Part shown: one piece after another, positions 1 through 10,100 of the stretch
Layout: each line of letters begins with the position of its first letter
How positions within the stretch are numbered: the first letter of the stretch is position 1
Assembly (NCBI RefSeq): GCF_947497125.1
Contig: NZ_CANMFI010000002.1
Span: 162,748 to 226,747, forward strand
Reading direction: 5' to 3'
Length of the DNA: 64,000 nucleotides
Source of the DNA: an uncultured Polaribacter sp.
Lineage (GTDB): Bacteria > Bacteroidota > Bacteroidia > Flavobacteriales > Flavobacteriaceae
Made by a program: the position numbers and the translations under genes
Notes under the pieces: generated by a model
The model's database searches: none
What the model saw: the letters and a program-made list of their open reading frames with translations, nothing else
What the model was told of the DNA's origin: nothing

Positions 1-696
1 AAAAAAATAAATATAAAAATTATCTCAAAAAAAGACTATACTCATTTTTTAATAAGTGGTTTTTTTATGGCAGCACACTGGGTTACTTACTTCTATGCCC
101 TTAAACTTTCTAACGTAGCAATTGGCATGCTGTCTATGTTTACTTTTCCTGTAATTACAGCTTTGTTAGAACCACTTTTCTTTAACGTAAAAACTAATAA
201 AACCCATCTATTTTTAGCAATTTTAGTTTTAATTGGCGTGTATGTGTTAGTCCCTAACCTGTCTTTAGAAAATAGTTATTTAAAAGGAATTTTATTCGGT
301 ATTTGTTCTGCATTTTGTTACGCTTTAAGAAATCTTATTTTAAAAAAACACGTAAAAAAGTATAACGGAAGTGCACTAATGCTTCATCAGATGATAATTG
401 TTAGTATTCTATTAATTCCTGTTTTATTTTTTAGTGATTTTTCTAATCTAGAAAGTCAATTACCACTACTACTTTTAGTAGCGCTTTTAACAACTGCAAT
501 TGGCCACACGATGATGGTAAACTCATTAAAACATTTTTCGGTATCAACCGCAAGCATCATTGGCAGTATACAACCAATATTTGGTATTATTATAGCCTTT
601 ATTTTTGTAAAAGAAGTGCCTAGTATAAACACCTATATTGGTGGCGGCTTAATTTTAGCAACCGTAATTATAGAAAGCATACAAAGTAATAAGTAA
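1..696 (+). CDS. EamA/DMT-family transporter, 5' end outside the window
   Basis: The frame is open from nt 1 into the listed ORF 67..696 with no in-frame stop, so the gene begins upstream of the window. The product is a polytopic hydrophobic protein with DMT/EamA character (FYALKLSNVAIGML..., GHTMMVNSLKHFSVSTASIIGSIQPIFGIIIAF). Confidence 0.7.
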   Translation, partial: KKINIKIISKKDYTHFLISGFFMAAHWVTYFYALKLSNVAIGMLSMFTFPVITALLEPLFFNVKTNKTHLFLAILVLIGVYVLVPNLSLENSYLKGILFGICSAFCYALRNLILKKHVKKYNGSALMLHQMIIVSILLIPVLFFSDFSNLESQLPLLLLVALLTTAIGHTMMVNSLKHFSVSTASIIGSIQPIFGIIIAFIFVKEVPSINTYIGGGLILATVIIESIQSNK

Positions 697-1764
697 TTAA
701 AATAATTCTTTATTGCTAATATCTAAGTAGTTACGCTTCACAAAGGCAAGAATAGTTTCTAGAATTTCACCCATATTATTACAATCTTTAAACTTTATAT
801 CTCCAACATATTGTATTAAATGATCTTTTAACTGTGCAATATTTTCTGGGGAAGAAATGGTATCTGCTTTCATGCATTTAATTAAACGAAGTGTTCTTCT
901 TGGTGTGGTAATCATTCTTTTGGCCATGTAAGAACGCTCTTCTATTTTGTATTGTCTTATAGAATCGTTTTGTAATTTTTTACCCACCATTTCTATCATT
1001 TTAAAGTTTTCTTTCATAAACTGAAGGTTGTAAACTTTTAAATTTCCTTCAAAAGATTGTTGATCGAAATCTATGGCTCTAATTTTATAAATAATTTGAT
1101 CAAAATCGTGTGTTGGTGTAATCACATAATTATAAGAACGCATATCGCCAAGTAATCTAACCAAGCAACGCTCTTTAAATTTTACAAACTCTTTGGCTAT
1201 TTGCGACTTTTCTAACTCGGTACATTTTGGTAAAAAATCTCTAATAAAATCATCTCCTGGTATGCCAGCAATATGCTCTTCTATCAGAGTATCTTTATGA
1301 ACCAAAAAATTAATGCTATGAGGAGATAAAATATGCTCTAATTCTAGCCCGTAAATTCGAGAAGCATCTGCTTTTTTTACATAAAAGTAAGTAAAGTTAT
1401 CATTTAATATGTTACGTATTTTTATCCTAAAGGGTTTAGAATTTCCGAAAGTACAATAGTCTATTGCATCAACATTTAAAAAGGGAATGCTATCATCATT
1501 TCCATCGGAATGCAACCTAGCATATACTTTTTTTAAACTTGTATCTATTTCTTCTCTATCAGAATCAGAATAATAAGTTCTTACCCAAAGTGTGTCTTCG
1601 TCATTTTTATCATAGACCACAACAGAACCCTGAAAACGTAACAAGTCTTCATAATAGATAGAAATTTTTATAGTCCGTTTATAATTTTTTAGATACGCAT
1701 TTAGCATTTCATTTACAGGAAATGCTGGTTTTTTTTTAGACATTAATTTTTTTTCTACCGCCAT
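697..1764 (-). CDS. conserved hypothetical protein, possible atypical protein-kinase-like fold
   Basis: 355-aa ORF with no TM segment or signal peptide. Motifs occur in kinase order: YFYVKK (beta3 Lys-like), LIEEHIAGIPGDDF (hinge-like), LLGDMRSYN (D-x4-N catalytic-loop-like), AIDFD (DFG-like). The family was not recognised by name. Confidence 0.55.
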   Translation of the reverse strand: MAVEKKLMSKKKPAFPVNEMLNAYLKNYKRTIKISIYYEDLLRFQGSVVVYDKNDEDTLWVRTYYSDSDREEIDTSLKKVYARLHSDGNDDSIPFLNVDAIDYCTFGNSKPFRIKIRNILNDNFTYFYVKKADASRIYGLELEHILSPHSINFLVHKDTLIEEHIAGIPGDDFIRDFLPKCTELEKSQIAKEFVKFKERCLVRLLGDMRSYNYVITPTHDFDQIIYKIRAIDFDQQSFEGNLKVYNLQFMKENFKMIEMVGKKLQNDSIRQYKIEERSYMAKRMITTPRRTLRLIKCMKADTISSPENIAQLKDHLIQYVGDIKFKDCNNMGEILETILAFVKRNYLDISNKELF

Positions 1765-1803
1765 GATATAGGTTGATTTTACCTCAAAAATAAGGATAAT
1801 TAA

Positions 1804-2904
1804 TTAGACCAATTCAAACATTTTACCGGGTAAGGGTTTTGTAATCCCTTTTAATTCCATTTGTAAAAGCAAGCCAGATAATTGATAGATTGGTATATGG
1901 CATTCGAATGAAATAACATCTAATAATTGCGCTCCTTTTTGATGTAATAGATCAAAAATCTTTTGTTCATTACTGTTTAAATCTATAAAAAGTTGCTGCT
2001 GAATTTGTTTTGGTTTTTCTGTAAGATCCCAATTTAACATTTTTACAATATCTTCGGCAGAGTTTAAAATATGAGCTTTATTATACTTTATTAAATTATT
2101 ACAGCCTTTGCTATAAATATCGGTAGTTCTGCCAGGCACCGCAAAAACATCTCTATGGTAAGAGTCTGCAATATCTGCAGTAACCAAAGAACCGCCTTTT
2201 GCCGCAGATTCTATAACAATTGTGGCCTTAGAAATACCTGCTACTATTCTGTTTCGCTTTAAAAAGTTTTCTCTTAAAGGCGCTTCATCATGCCAAAATT
2301 CAGTTAAAAAACCTCCATTTTCATTTACTTTATGAATATATTTTTTGTGAACTTTAGGATATATTTGATTGAATCCATGTGCCAAAACAGCGATTGTTTG
2401 TAAGTTATTATCTATGGCTGCTTTATGTGCACAAATATCTACACCGTAAGCAAAACCGCTAACAATAATAGGGTTGTAAATAGCTAAATCTTTTACCAAC
2501 TGATTGCAAAACGTGCGGCCATAAGAACTAATATTACGAGTACCTACAATAGAAATTGTTTTCTGATTAGAAAAGTCTAAATTTCCGTCTTTAAATAATA
2601 AAATAGAGCTATCAAGACATTGCTGTAAGTTTTTAGGATAATTTTCATCTAAAAAATAAGAATAAGAAATATTATTTTCTGTTATATATTTATATTCTTT
2701 TTCTGCTAAAGTAATATTTAGAGGATCTAATAAGGTGTTTAAAACATGGCTGCCAATTCCATTAATTTTTAATAAATTAGATTGTTTTTCGGTAAAAATT
2801 TGACGTATATCTCCCACATTAACAATGAGTTTCTTTGCCAAGATATCTCCAATGCCTTTGCATTTTTGTAAACGTAAAATAGCAAGCAACTTTTCTGTGT
2901 CCAA
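1804..2904 (-). CDS. dprA: DNA-processing protein DprA (Smf)
   Basis: 366 aa with a DprA Rossmann-like core (IVSGFAYGVDICAHKAA, AVLAHGFNQIYP, GGSLVTADIA...VFAVPG), an N-terminal HhH/SAM-like region and a C-terminal winged-helix-like tail. Confidence 0.85.
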   Translation of the reverse strand: MDTEKLLAILRLQKCKGIGDILAKKLIVNVGDIRQIFTEKQSNLLKINGIGSHVLNTLLDPLNITLAEKEYKYITENNISYSYFLDENYPKNLQQCLDSSILLFKDGNLDFSNQKTISIVGTRNISSYGRTFCNQLVKDLAIYNPIIVSGFAYGVDICAHKAAIDNNLQTIAVLAHGFNQIYPKVHKKYIHKVNENGGFLTEFWHDEAPLRENFLKRNRIVAGISKATIVIESAAKGGSLVTADIADSYHRDVFAVPGRTTDIYSKGCNNLIKYNKAHILNSAEDIVKMLNWDLTEKPKQIQQQLFIDLNSNEQKIFDLLHQKGAQLLDVISFECHIPIYQLSGLLLQMELKGITKPLPGKMFELV

Positions 2905-2999
2905 TAGCTAACAATTTGATTAACAATATATAAAAAATATGTTGATAATTTTTACAGAACTTTCTTTTATCAAACCCTAAAAAATATATATTTGTTATC

Positions 3000-3911
3000 A
3001 TGATTTTAGCAAAATATATAACCGATTTACTTTACAGACACGATTGTGTAATTGTGCCAGATTTTGGAGGTTTTGTAACCAATAGAATTGGGTCTAAAAT
3101 AGACAACGAAACCTTTAGTTTTACTGCACCTACAAAGCAAATTAGTTTTAATAGTTTGCTAAAACACAATGATGGTTTATTGGCAAACTATATTGCTGCA
3201 ACAGAAAATATTTCTTTTGAAAAAGCAACAACAGCTATTTCTTTATCAGTAATAAAATGGCAAAACGAATTGCAATCAAAAGAAGTTACAATAGATAATT
3301 TAGGGAAATTAAAGCTATCTGCAACCAATAAGATAATTTTTGAACCTAATTTAAAGGTTAATTTTTTAACTAGTTCATTTGGTTTATCTGCTGTTACATC
3401 ACCTGAAATAATTAGGACTAACAAAAAAATTATACCTCTTAATACAGTAAAAAGCAACAACGAAACTAAAAAGAGCTTACCAACTTTTATAAAAGTTGCT
3501 GCTACAGCTGCTATCTTATTAACGTTAAGCTATGCTGGTTACAATGGCTATCAAGTAAACAAGCAAACAGAAGCTTTAGCGTTACAAGAACAAGAAATTC
3601 AAAAAAAGATTCAATCTGCAACATTTGTTATTTCTAATCCTTTACCTACAATTTCTTTAAATGTTGCTAAAAAAACTGAAGAAAAATACCATGTTATTGC
3701 TGGAGCATTTCAAATAAAAGAAAACGCAGAAAAAAAGGTAAGTCAATTAATTTCTAAAGGATATAATGCTAAAATAATTGGCATTAACAATTGGGGACTT
3801 ACCCAAGTTAGTTTTCACAGTTTTTCTGATAGAAATGAAGCTACAAATTTTCTTTATAGAATACAAAAAACAGTTTCTAAAGATGCTTGGCTTTTAATTA
3901 AAGACAAGTAA
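3000..3911 (+). CDS. HU-CCDC81/SPOR domain-containing protein
   Basis: 303 aa. It has an N-terminal LLYRHDCVIVPDFGGF motif typical of bacterial HU-CCDC81 domains, a central TM segment (FIKVAATAAILLTL) and a C-terminal SPOR-like domain (YHVIAGAFQIKENAEKKVSQLISKGYNAKII). Confidence 0.7.
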   Translation: MILAKYITDLLYRHDCVIVPDFGGFVTNRIGSKIDNETFSFTAPTKQISFNSLLKHNDGLLANYIAATENISFEKATTAISLSVIKWQNELQSKEVTIDNLGKLKLSATNKIIFEPNLKVNFLTSSFGLSAVTSPEIIRTNKKIIPLNTVKSNNETKKSLPTFIKVAATAAILLTLSYAGYNGYQVNKQTEALALQEQEIQKKIQSATFVISNPLPTISLNVAKKTEEKYHVIAGAFQIKENAEKKVSQLISKGYNAKIIGINNWGLTQVSFHSFSDRNEATNFLYRIQKTVSKDAWLLIKDK

Positions 3912-3988
3912 AACTACTTCTTTTTCTTTCTCTATTTAAATTGGTAAATTTTAATCTACTGATTGTTATCTTTGCAAAAAATTTTAAT

Positions 3989-4498
3989 ATGGAAGCCAAA
4001 ACACCAAAAGAGTCTTTAACCGTACTTACAGACCTAGTTTTACCTGGTGAAACAAATTACTTAGACAACCTTTTTGGAGGAGAATTATTAGCTAGAATGG
4101 ATAGAGCATGCAGTATTGCTGCCAGAAGACACTCTAGAAAAATTGTTGTAACAGCTTCTGTAAATCATGTTGCATTTAGCAAAGCAGTGCCTGTTGGTAG
4201 CGTTGTTACTGTAGAAGCAAAAGTCTCTAGAGCCTTTAAATCTTCTATGGAAATATATGTTGATGTATGGGTAGAAGATAGAAAATCGATGTCTAGAACA
4301 AAGGTAAATGAAGGTATTTATACTTTTGTTGCTGTTGACCAAGATGGTAAACCTGTAGAAGTGCCTCAAATAAAACCAGAGTCTAAACTAGAAATAACTC
4401 GTTTTAACGGTGCCTTAAGACGTAAACAGTTAAGCCTCGTTTTAGCAGGAAAATTATTACCTAATGAGGCAACAGAATTAAAAGCACTCTTTAACTAA
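3989..4498 (+). CDS. acyl-CoA thioesterase (hotdog fold, YciA/BFIT-like)
   Basis: LVLPGETNYLDNLFGGELLARMDRACSIAA is typical of acyl-CoA thioester hydrolases. I place the start at the ATG at 3989 rather than the TTG at 3941 used by the ORF track. Confidence 0.8.
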   Translation: MEAKTPKESLTVLTDLVLPGETNYLDNLFGGELLARMDRACSIAARRHSRKIVVTASVNHVAFSKAVPVGSVVTVEAKVSRAFKSSMEIYVDVWVEDRKSMSRTKVNEGIYTFVAVDQDGKPVEVPQIKPESKLEITRFNGALRRKQLSLVLAGKLLPNEATELKALFN

Positions 4499-4508
4499 AT
4501 ACATAAAA

Positions 4509-5003
4509 ATGGATTTTTTAAACTATAAAATCATTTATACAATTGCAATTCTTGCAATTACAATGTTAATCAGATTAATGGTCACTAAATCGTTGAAAAA
4601 AATTCAACTTAAATTTGGTTTTCAAAAAGCCCGAATTTTAGTGATTACAAAAATAATATCAATCATAATTTATGGTTCGGCAACTATATTTATATCTTTA
4701 ATTTGGGGAGTAGATGAGCAACAACTTTTAGTTTATATTTCTTCATTTTTAACAATTGTAGGTATTGCATTTTTTGCTCAATGGTCTATCTTATCTAACA
4801 TAACCGCGGGTGTAATTTTATTTATAAACTACCCTGTTAAAATAGGAGACACTATAACTATCTTAGAAAAAGACAATAATGTAACAGGAGAAATCAAAGA
4901 TATTAGCGCTTTTTTTATCACACTTAAAACACCCGAAAAAGAATTAATTACAATACCTAATTCGATTATTCTTCAAAAAAATATTAAATATCAAAGTCTC
5001 TAA
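4509..5003 (+). CDS. small mechanosensitive (MscS-like) channel protein
   Basis: 164 aa with three N-terminal TM helices followed by an MscS beta-domain-like motif (NITAGVILFINYPVKIGDTITI). Confidence 0.65.
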   Translation: MDFLNYKIIYTIAILAITMLIRLMVTKSLKKIQLKFGFQKARILVITKIISIIIYGSATIFISLIWGVDEQQLLVYISSFLTIVGIAFFAQWSILSNITAGVILFINYPVKIGDTITILEKDNNVTGEIKDISAFFITLKTPEKELITIPNSIILQKNIKYQSL

Positions 5004-5008
5004 AAGAA

Positions 5009-6244
5009 CTATCTTTTTAAAATCCAATCTGCAGGGTTTAAACGTGTTGTATTTTTAAACAACACAAAAATAAGTTTGGTTTTATTAGATACTTTGTCTG
5101 TAAAAATTTGCCCTATTTTTTGACCCGTAGTCACAAAATCTCCTTTTTTTAATGAACTACTTTGCAAATTATTATATGAAGATATATAATTACCGTGTTG
5201 TATTAATACATTTTTTTTACCCTGTGCGGTAACTAAAACGTTTAAAACCGAACCGTTAAAAATAGCCAATGCATTATTACCTTGTTTGGTAACTATATGC
5301 AAGCCTGTTCCGTTAATTGTAATTCCTGGAAAAGTAGGATGCTTTTGTTGTCCAAATTTTCGAACCACAATTCCTTGATCTACTGGCCATGGTAATTTGC
5401 CTTTATTTAACTCGAAATTTGCAGCTAAAGCTTTTGCTTCTGGACTTAAAATAAATTCATTTTTAACTACTTTTTTACTTCCTGACTTTAACTTTTCTTT
5501 CGCAATTCTATTTGCTCTTGCAATTTCATCTCGAATAATTTTGTCTATTTTTTTTGTTACGCTAGCCTCTTCTTTAATTTTATTTTGAAGTTCCTTTTTA
5601 TAAGAACTCTCCTTTTTCTTTATTGTAGTTATTAATTGCTCGTACTCTTTTTTATCTGCCTCAATCTCTTCTTTCTGATTTTTTTCTGATAAAACTAAAG
5701 TATCTTTTAAGCGTTTTTGCACTAACAAAGAATCATTAATTGCCTTAACCTCATTGGTTTTAACAAGTATTTCTTCGCCTTGTTTTTGCCTAAAAGAAGT
5801 ATATTGTTTCATATACTCTAATCTTTTATACGCTTGGTAAAAGTTTTGAGATGATAATAAAAACATCATTCTACTTTGCTGAGATTTACTTTTGTAAGAT
5901 TTAAAAATCATCTCTGCATAATCTGCCTTTAAAGCTTTTAACTTAGCCTCTAACTTTTTTACCGATGATTGATTGGCAGTAATTTCTTTTGACAAAAGTA
6001 ATGCCTCTGCATTTATTATTGATATTAAACGAGCTCTCACAGCTATTTTTTTATCAATATCTTTTAAAGCATCTAATGCATTTTTTTCTTTCTTCTTAAC
6101 CGAAAAAAGTAAATTATTTACCTGTACAATTTCTTTATTTAACTTTTTCCTTTGAGCTTCTAACTGTTTTCTAGTTTGACTAAAAACAGACAAAATACTT
6201 AAGAAAAAAACTATAATTGATATGTAAATTGGTTTAGTGCTCAC
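5009..6244 (-). CDS. M23/LytM-domain protein, EnvC-like murein hydrolase activator
   Basis: 411 aa with a signal peptide, a long Lys/Glu-rich coiled coil and a C-terminal LytM-type domain (GITINGT..., VLIQHGNYISSYNNL, GQKIGQI). The HxH metal site looks degenerate (LIFVLFKN). Confidence 0.75.
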   Translation of the reverse strand: MSTKPIYISIIVFFLSILSVFSQTRKQLEAQRKKLNKEIVQVNNLLFSVKKKEKNALDALKDIDKKIAVRARLISIINAEALLLSKEITANQSSVKKLEAKLKALKADYAEMIFKSYKSKSQQSRMMFLLSSQNFYQAYKRLEYMKQYTSFRQKQGEEILVKTNEVKAINDSLLVQKRLKDTLVLSEKNQKEEIEADKKEYEQLITTIKKKESSYKKELQNKIKEEASVTKKIDKIIRDEIARANRIAKEKLKSGSKKVVKNEFILSPEAKALAANFELNKGKLPWPVDQGIVVRKFGQQKHPTFPGITINGTGLHIVTKQGNNALAIFNGSVLNVLVTAQGKKNVLIQHGNYISSYNNLQSSSLKKGDFVTTGQKIGQIFTDKVSNKTKLIFVLFKNTTRLNPADWILKR

Positions 6245-7014
6245 TATAATTTAATTTTCTTATATCCGTTAGGTATTACAAACCGAGTATCAAAATCGGT
6301 ATTGAATTCTACTGCTTTTAATGTAAAATTTAACTGACTAACAGTGCCTTTATTTTTAGCTGAAACATTTATTTTAGAAGGAAAAACAACATCTTTAAAC
6401 AAACTATAAGAAGGGTAAAAAACATCTAACCTTTCTTTTTTATTAGCACTTAAAACTGTTTGTTTTTCTAACTTAAAATGACCCGGATTGATAAAAAAGA
6501 AAATGTCAAACAAACTATCTTGTACTTTAGGTGATAATACATACGCATTGTTTTCAATAAAAACTTCTTGTTTTTCATTGGTTACATCTAACAAAGATTG
6601 GCCTAAAAATAAATTTTGAAGCTGAAAAAAATCAATATCTACTCCTAGTATTTCTTTTAGCATCGAAAAATCTCCTTGAAAATACGTTTTATTTATTGGC
6701 GAGTAAAAACCAACACCTTCAGGAGTAATTTTCAACTTAAAAACGGTAATAAACTTTGTGCCCTTTAATAAAATAACATTGTCTTTTATCATTTTTAAAT
6801 TGACAGAAATATTTTGCTTTAATTTACCATTATCAAAATCTGCTCTATACTTTGCTTCTAAAGATTTTTTCGAAAAATTTGCTGAAACATGTTTTTTAGC
6901 AACTTTCTTTGAAGAGTAATCTTTGGCAATGATTGTGTTATTAATCATTGTTTTTTTTGTTTTACAGGCTGTAAAAACAAATAGAAAAGCAATAAAATAC
7001 TTTATAAACCTCAT
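6244..7014 (-). CDS. lipoprotein, DUF4292/LolB-like
   Basis: 256 aa with a lipobox (VFTACKT). It overlaps the downstream M23 gene by 1 nt. The family name is recalled from the typical Bacteroidota pairing and was not searched. Confidence 0.5.
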   Translation of the reverse strand: MRFIKYFIAFLFVFTACKTKKTMINNTIIAKDYSSKKVAKKHVSANFSKKSLEAKYRADFDNGKLKQNISVNLKMIKDNVILLKGTKFITVFKLKITPEGVGFYSPINKTYFQGDFSMLKEILGVDIDFFQLQNLFLGQSLLDVTNEKQEVFIENNAYVLSPKVQDSLFDIFFFINPGHFKLEKQTVLSANKKERLDVFYPSYSLFKDVVFPSKINVSAKNKGTVSQLNFTLKAVEFNTDFDTRFVIPNGYKKIKL

Positions 7015-8031
7015 CTAAATTAATTCTGTGTAATCACCAATACTTACAGAGGTAAAATTACCATTATATGTTGCATAGTTACCAATCATTGCGTTGTCTA
7101 AATTTGCATTAGTAATTACAACGTTTGTTTGTATTAGAGAGTTTGTAATTGTAGTATTTTCAACACTACTATTAGCACCGATAGAAACATAAGGCCCAAT
7201 TTTAGCGTTTTTTAAAAACACATTTTCACCAATGTAACAAGGTTGTATAATTTCAGAATTCTCTAAAACCACGTTGCTAGCAACTAAATTGTTACCAGCT
7301 TTATGTTCAAAGGCTAACACTTGTTTGTTGGTATCTACGGTTGGGTCTTTTTTACCACAATCCATCCAGGTACTTACAGTTCCTGGTATAAATTTTGCGC
7401 CGTCTTGTTTTAACGTTTCTAAAACATTTGTAAGTTGATACTCGTTATTTTCTTTTAAATCGTTGTCTATTAAATATTGAATCTCGTTTCTAACACGATC
7501 GCCATCTTTAAAATAATAAATTCCGATAATTGCCAAATCAGAGACAAAATCTTTGGGCTTTTCAACAAAATCTGTAATAATACCCTCTTCTAACTTTACT
7601 ACTCCAAATGCACTAGGATCGGCTACTTGCTTTACCCAAATTGCGCCATCTGCATTTACATCTAACTTAAAATCTGCCTTAAACAAAGTATCTGCATAAG
7701 CAACCACACAAGGGCCACTTAAAGAATCTTTAGCGCAATAAAGTGCATGCGCTGTTCCTAAAGCTTCTTCTTGCACATAAACAGACCCTTTTGCACCTAA
7801 CTCTTTTGCAATTTTTAAAAGACTTTGTTCTGTATTAGCAGGAAACCCTTTTTTAGCTGGGCCAATTATAAAAGCAATTTCTTCTATTTTCTCATCGATT
7901 ACAGAGGCAATATCTTCTACCAATCTCTGTACAATTGGTTTGCCTGCAATTACGGTTAAAGGTTTTGGCACTGTTAAAGTATGTGGTCTTAAACGAGACC
8001 CAATACCTGCCATAGGGACTATTATCTTCAT
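7015..8031 (-). CDS. sugar-phosphate nucleotidyltransferase with C-terminal hexapeptide (LbH) domain
   Basis: N-terminal NTP-transferase motif (VPMAGIGSRLRPHTLTVPKPL) and C-terminal left-handed beta-helix repeats (IGENVFLKNAKIGPYVSIGANSSVENTTI...). Confidence 0.8.
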   Translation of the reverse strand: MKIIVPMAGIGSRLRPHTLTVPKPLTVIAGKPIVQRLVEDIASVIDEKIEEIAFIIGPAKKGFPANTEQSLLKIAKELGAKGSVYVQEEALGTAHALYCAKDSLSGPCVVAYADTLFKADFKLDVNADGAIWVKQVADPSAFGVVKLEEGIITDFVEKPKDFVSDLAIIGIYYFKDGDRVRNEIQYLIDNDLKENNEYQLTNVLETLKQDGAKFIPGTVSTWMDCGKKDPTVDTNKQVLAFEHKAGNNLVASNVVLENSEIIQPCYIGENVFLKNAKIGPYVSIGANSSVENTTITNSLIQTNVVITNANLDNAMIGNYATYNGNFTSVSIGDYTELI

Positions 8032-8209
8032 GTTTTCTTTATCATTAATTAAAGGTGCAATATACCATTAATAAAAATATTTTTAAAAAAATGAAGTCTC
8101 TAAAAATTTTGAGAAAATAATGCCCCAAATATGGGTCTAAAAAAATTAAATCATTTAAAAAAAGAAGTTAACGAGAGGGTTTTTTGTTTCTTTGTAAAAA
8201 ATATAAAAA

Positions 8210-10078
8210 GTGAATTACTTATCAGTAGAAAATATCTCTAAAGCATACGGAGAACGCATTTTATTTGAAGACATTTCTTTTGGAATTAACAAAGACCAAA
8301 AAGTAGCTTTTGTTGCTAAAAACGGAAGCGGAAAAACTTCTATCTTAAATATTATTGCTGGATTAGATGTGCCAGATACAGGGCAAATTGTTAGTAGAAA
8401 AGGAATTTCTATAGCATATTTGGCGCAAAAAGACAATTTAGACATCAATTTAACCATTGAAGAAACCATTTTTGCGACAGACAACCCAATTCTTTCTATT
8501 GTAAATAGGTATGAAAAAGCACTTAAAAACCTAGACGATGTAGATGCTTACCAAAAAGCTTTTGAGCAAATGGAGCAATACAATGCCTGGGATTTTGAAA
8601 CACAATACAAGCAAATTTTATCTAAATTAAAATTAGAAGATTTGTCTTTAAAAATCGGAAAACTATCTGGTGGACAAAGAAAAAGACTTTCGCTTGCCAT
8701 CGTTTTAATTAACAAACCAGATCTTTTAATTTTAGATGAACCTACCAATCATTTAGATTTAGAAATGATAGAATGGTTAGAAGCTTTCTTTGCCAAAGAA
8801 AAAATAACTCTTTTTATGGTTACCCACGATCGTTATTTTTTAGAACGTGTTTGTAACGAAATTTTAGAGTTAGACGAAGGTAAAATATATAAATACAAAG
8901 GAAATTACTCATACTATCTTCAAAATAAAGAAGAGCGTTTAGCGCTAGAAGCAACCAATTTAAGTAAGGCCAAAAGTCTATTTAAAAAAGAATTAGATTG
9001 GATGCGCAAACAACCCAAAGCAAGAACTACAAAATCGAAATCTAGAACAGACGATTTTTACGCAATTAAAGAAAAAGCACACCAAAGAAGAAAAGACCAT
9101 AAAGTTCAATTAGAAATTAATATGGAGCGTTTGGGAAGTAAAATTGTTGAACTTCATAAACTGCAAAAATCTTTTGGAGATAAAAAGATTTTAGAGGGCT
9201 TTGATTATGTTTTTAAACGCGGAGAACGCATTGGTATTATTGGTAAAAACGGAACAGGAAAATCTTCTTTTTTAAATATATTAACAGAAAAAAGCGATTT
9301 AGATGGCGGTAAAGTTGTAGTGGGCGAAACTGTAAAATTTGGTTACTACACACAAGCCGGAATACAAGTAAAAGAAGGTCAGAAAGTAATTGAAGTTGTA
9401 AAAGAGTTTGGAGAATTTATTCCGCTGTCTAAAGGTAGAAAAATATCTGCTTCGCAATTATTAGAACGTTTTTTATTTGACAAGAAGAAGCAATATGATT
9501 TTGTAGAAAAACTCTCTGGTGGCGAACAAAAACGCTTGTATTTATGTGCTGTTTTAATTCAAAATCCTAATTTCTTAATTTTAGATGAACCTACAAACGA
9601 TCTAGATGTTGTAACTCTAAATGTTTTAGAAGAGTTTTTATTAGACTTCCCAGGAAACTTAATGGTAGTATCTCATGACCGTTATTTTATGGATAAAATT
9701 GTAGATTCTTTATTTGTGTTTAGAGGAGACGGTGTTGTAGAAAACTTTCCTGGAAACTACTCAGACTTTAGAGCTTATGATGCTTCTGCAGAAACACCTG
9801 TAGATGAAAAGAAAGTTATTGAAGTACCCGTAAAAAAAGAAGTCAAAAAAGAAAAAAAAGCAAGCTTATCCTTCAATGAAAAAAGAGAATTTGGGGCTTT
9901 AGAAGCAGAGATAGAAAGACTTCAAAAAAGGCAAGCAGCTATAGAAAAGCAATTTTTAAATGTAGAGATTAGTACTGAAGATATTCCAAAAAAATCTGAA
10001 GAATTACAATCTATAATTGCAGAAATAGAACAAAAAGAAGAACGTTGGCTAACGCTTTCTATGAAAGCAGAAGATTAG
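8210..10078 (+). CDS. ABC-F family ATPase (Uup-like)
   Basis: 622 aa with a GTG start. It has two ABC cassettes (Walker A AKNGSGKTS and GKNGTGKSS; signatures LSGGQRKR and LSGGEQKR; Walker B LLILDEPTNHLD and FLILDEPTNDLD), no TM domain and a Lys/Glu-rich C-terminal coiled coil. Confidence 0.85.
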   Translation: MNYLSVENISKAYGERILFEDISFGINKDQKVAFVAKNGSGKTSILNIIAGLDVPDTGQIVSRKGISIAYLAQKDNLDINLTIEETIFATDNPILSIVNRYEKALKNLDDVDAYQKAFEQMEQYNAWDFETQYKQILSKLKLEDLSLKIGKLSGGQRKRLSLAIVLINKPDLLILDEPTNHLDLEMIEWLEAFFAKEKITLFMVTHDRYFLERVCNEILELDEGKIYKYKGNYSYYLQNKEERLALEATNLSKAKSLFKKELDWMRKQPKARTTKSKSRTDDFYAIKEKAHQRRKDHKVQLEINMERLGSKIVELHKLQKSFGDKKILEGFDYVFKRGERIGIIGKNGTGKSSFLNILTEKSDLDGGKVVVGETVKFGYYTQAGIQVKEGQKVIEVVKEFGEFIPLSKGRKISASQLLERFLFDKKKQYDFVEKLSGGEQKRLYLCAVLIQNPNFLILDEPTNDLDVVTLNVLEEFLLDFPGNLMVVSHDRYFMDKIVDSLFVFRGDGVVENFPGNYSDFRAYDASAETPVDEKKVIEVPVKKEVKKEKKASLSFNEKREFGALEAEIERLQKRQAAIEKQFLNVEISTEDIPKKSEELQSIIAEIEQKEERWLTLSMKAED

Positions 10079-10100
10079 TCATTAACTTAGTAAAAGCTCT

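Noticed and set aside
8091-8120. A 9-codon mini-ORF (MKSLKILRK) upstream of the ABC-F gene, as a possible antibiotic-sensing leader peptide.
   Set aside because: No convincing terminator/antiterminator pair follows it. The ABC-F protein has the Uup-like housekeeping architecture (C-terminal coiled coil) rather than an ARE-type resistance factor. Tiny ORFs like this arise by chance in AT-rich spacers.
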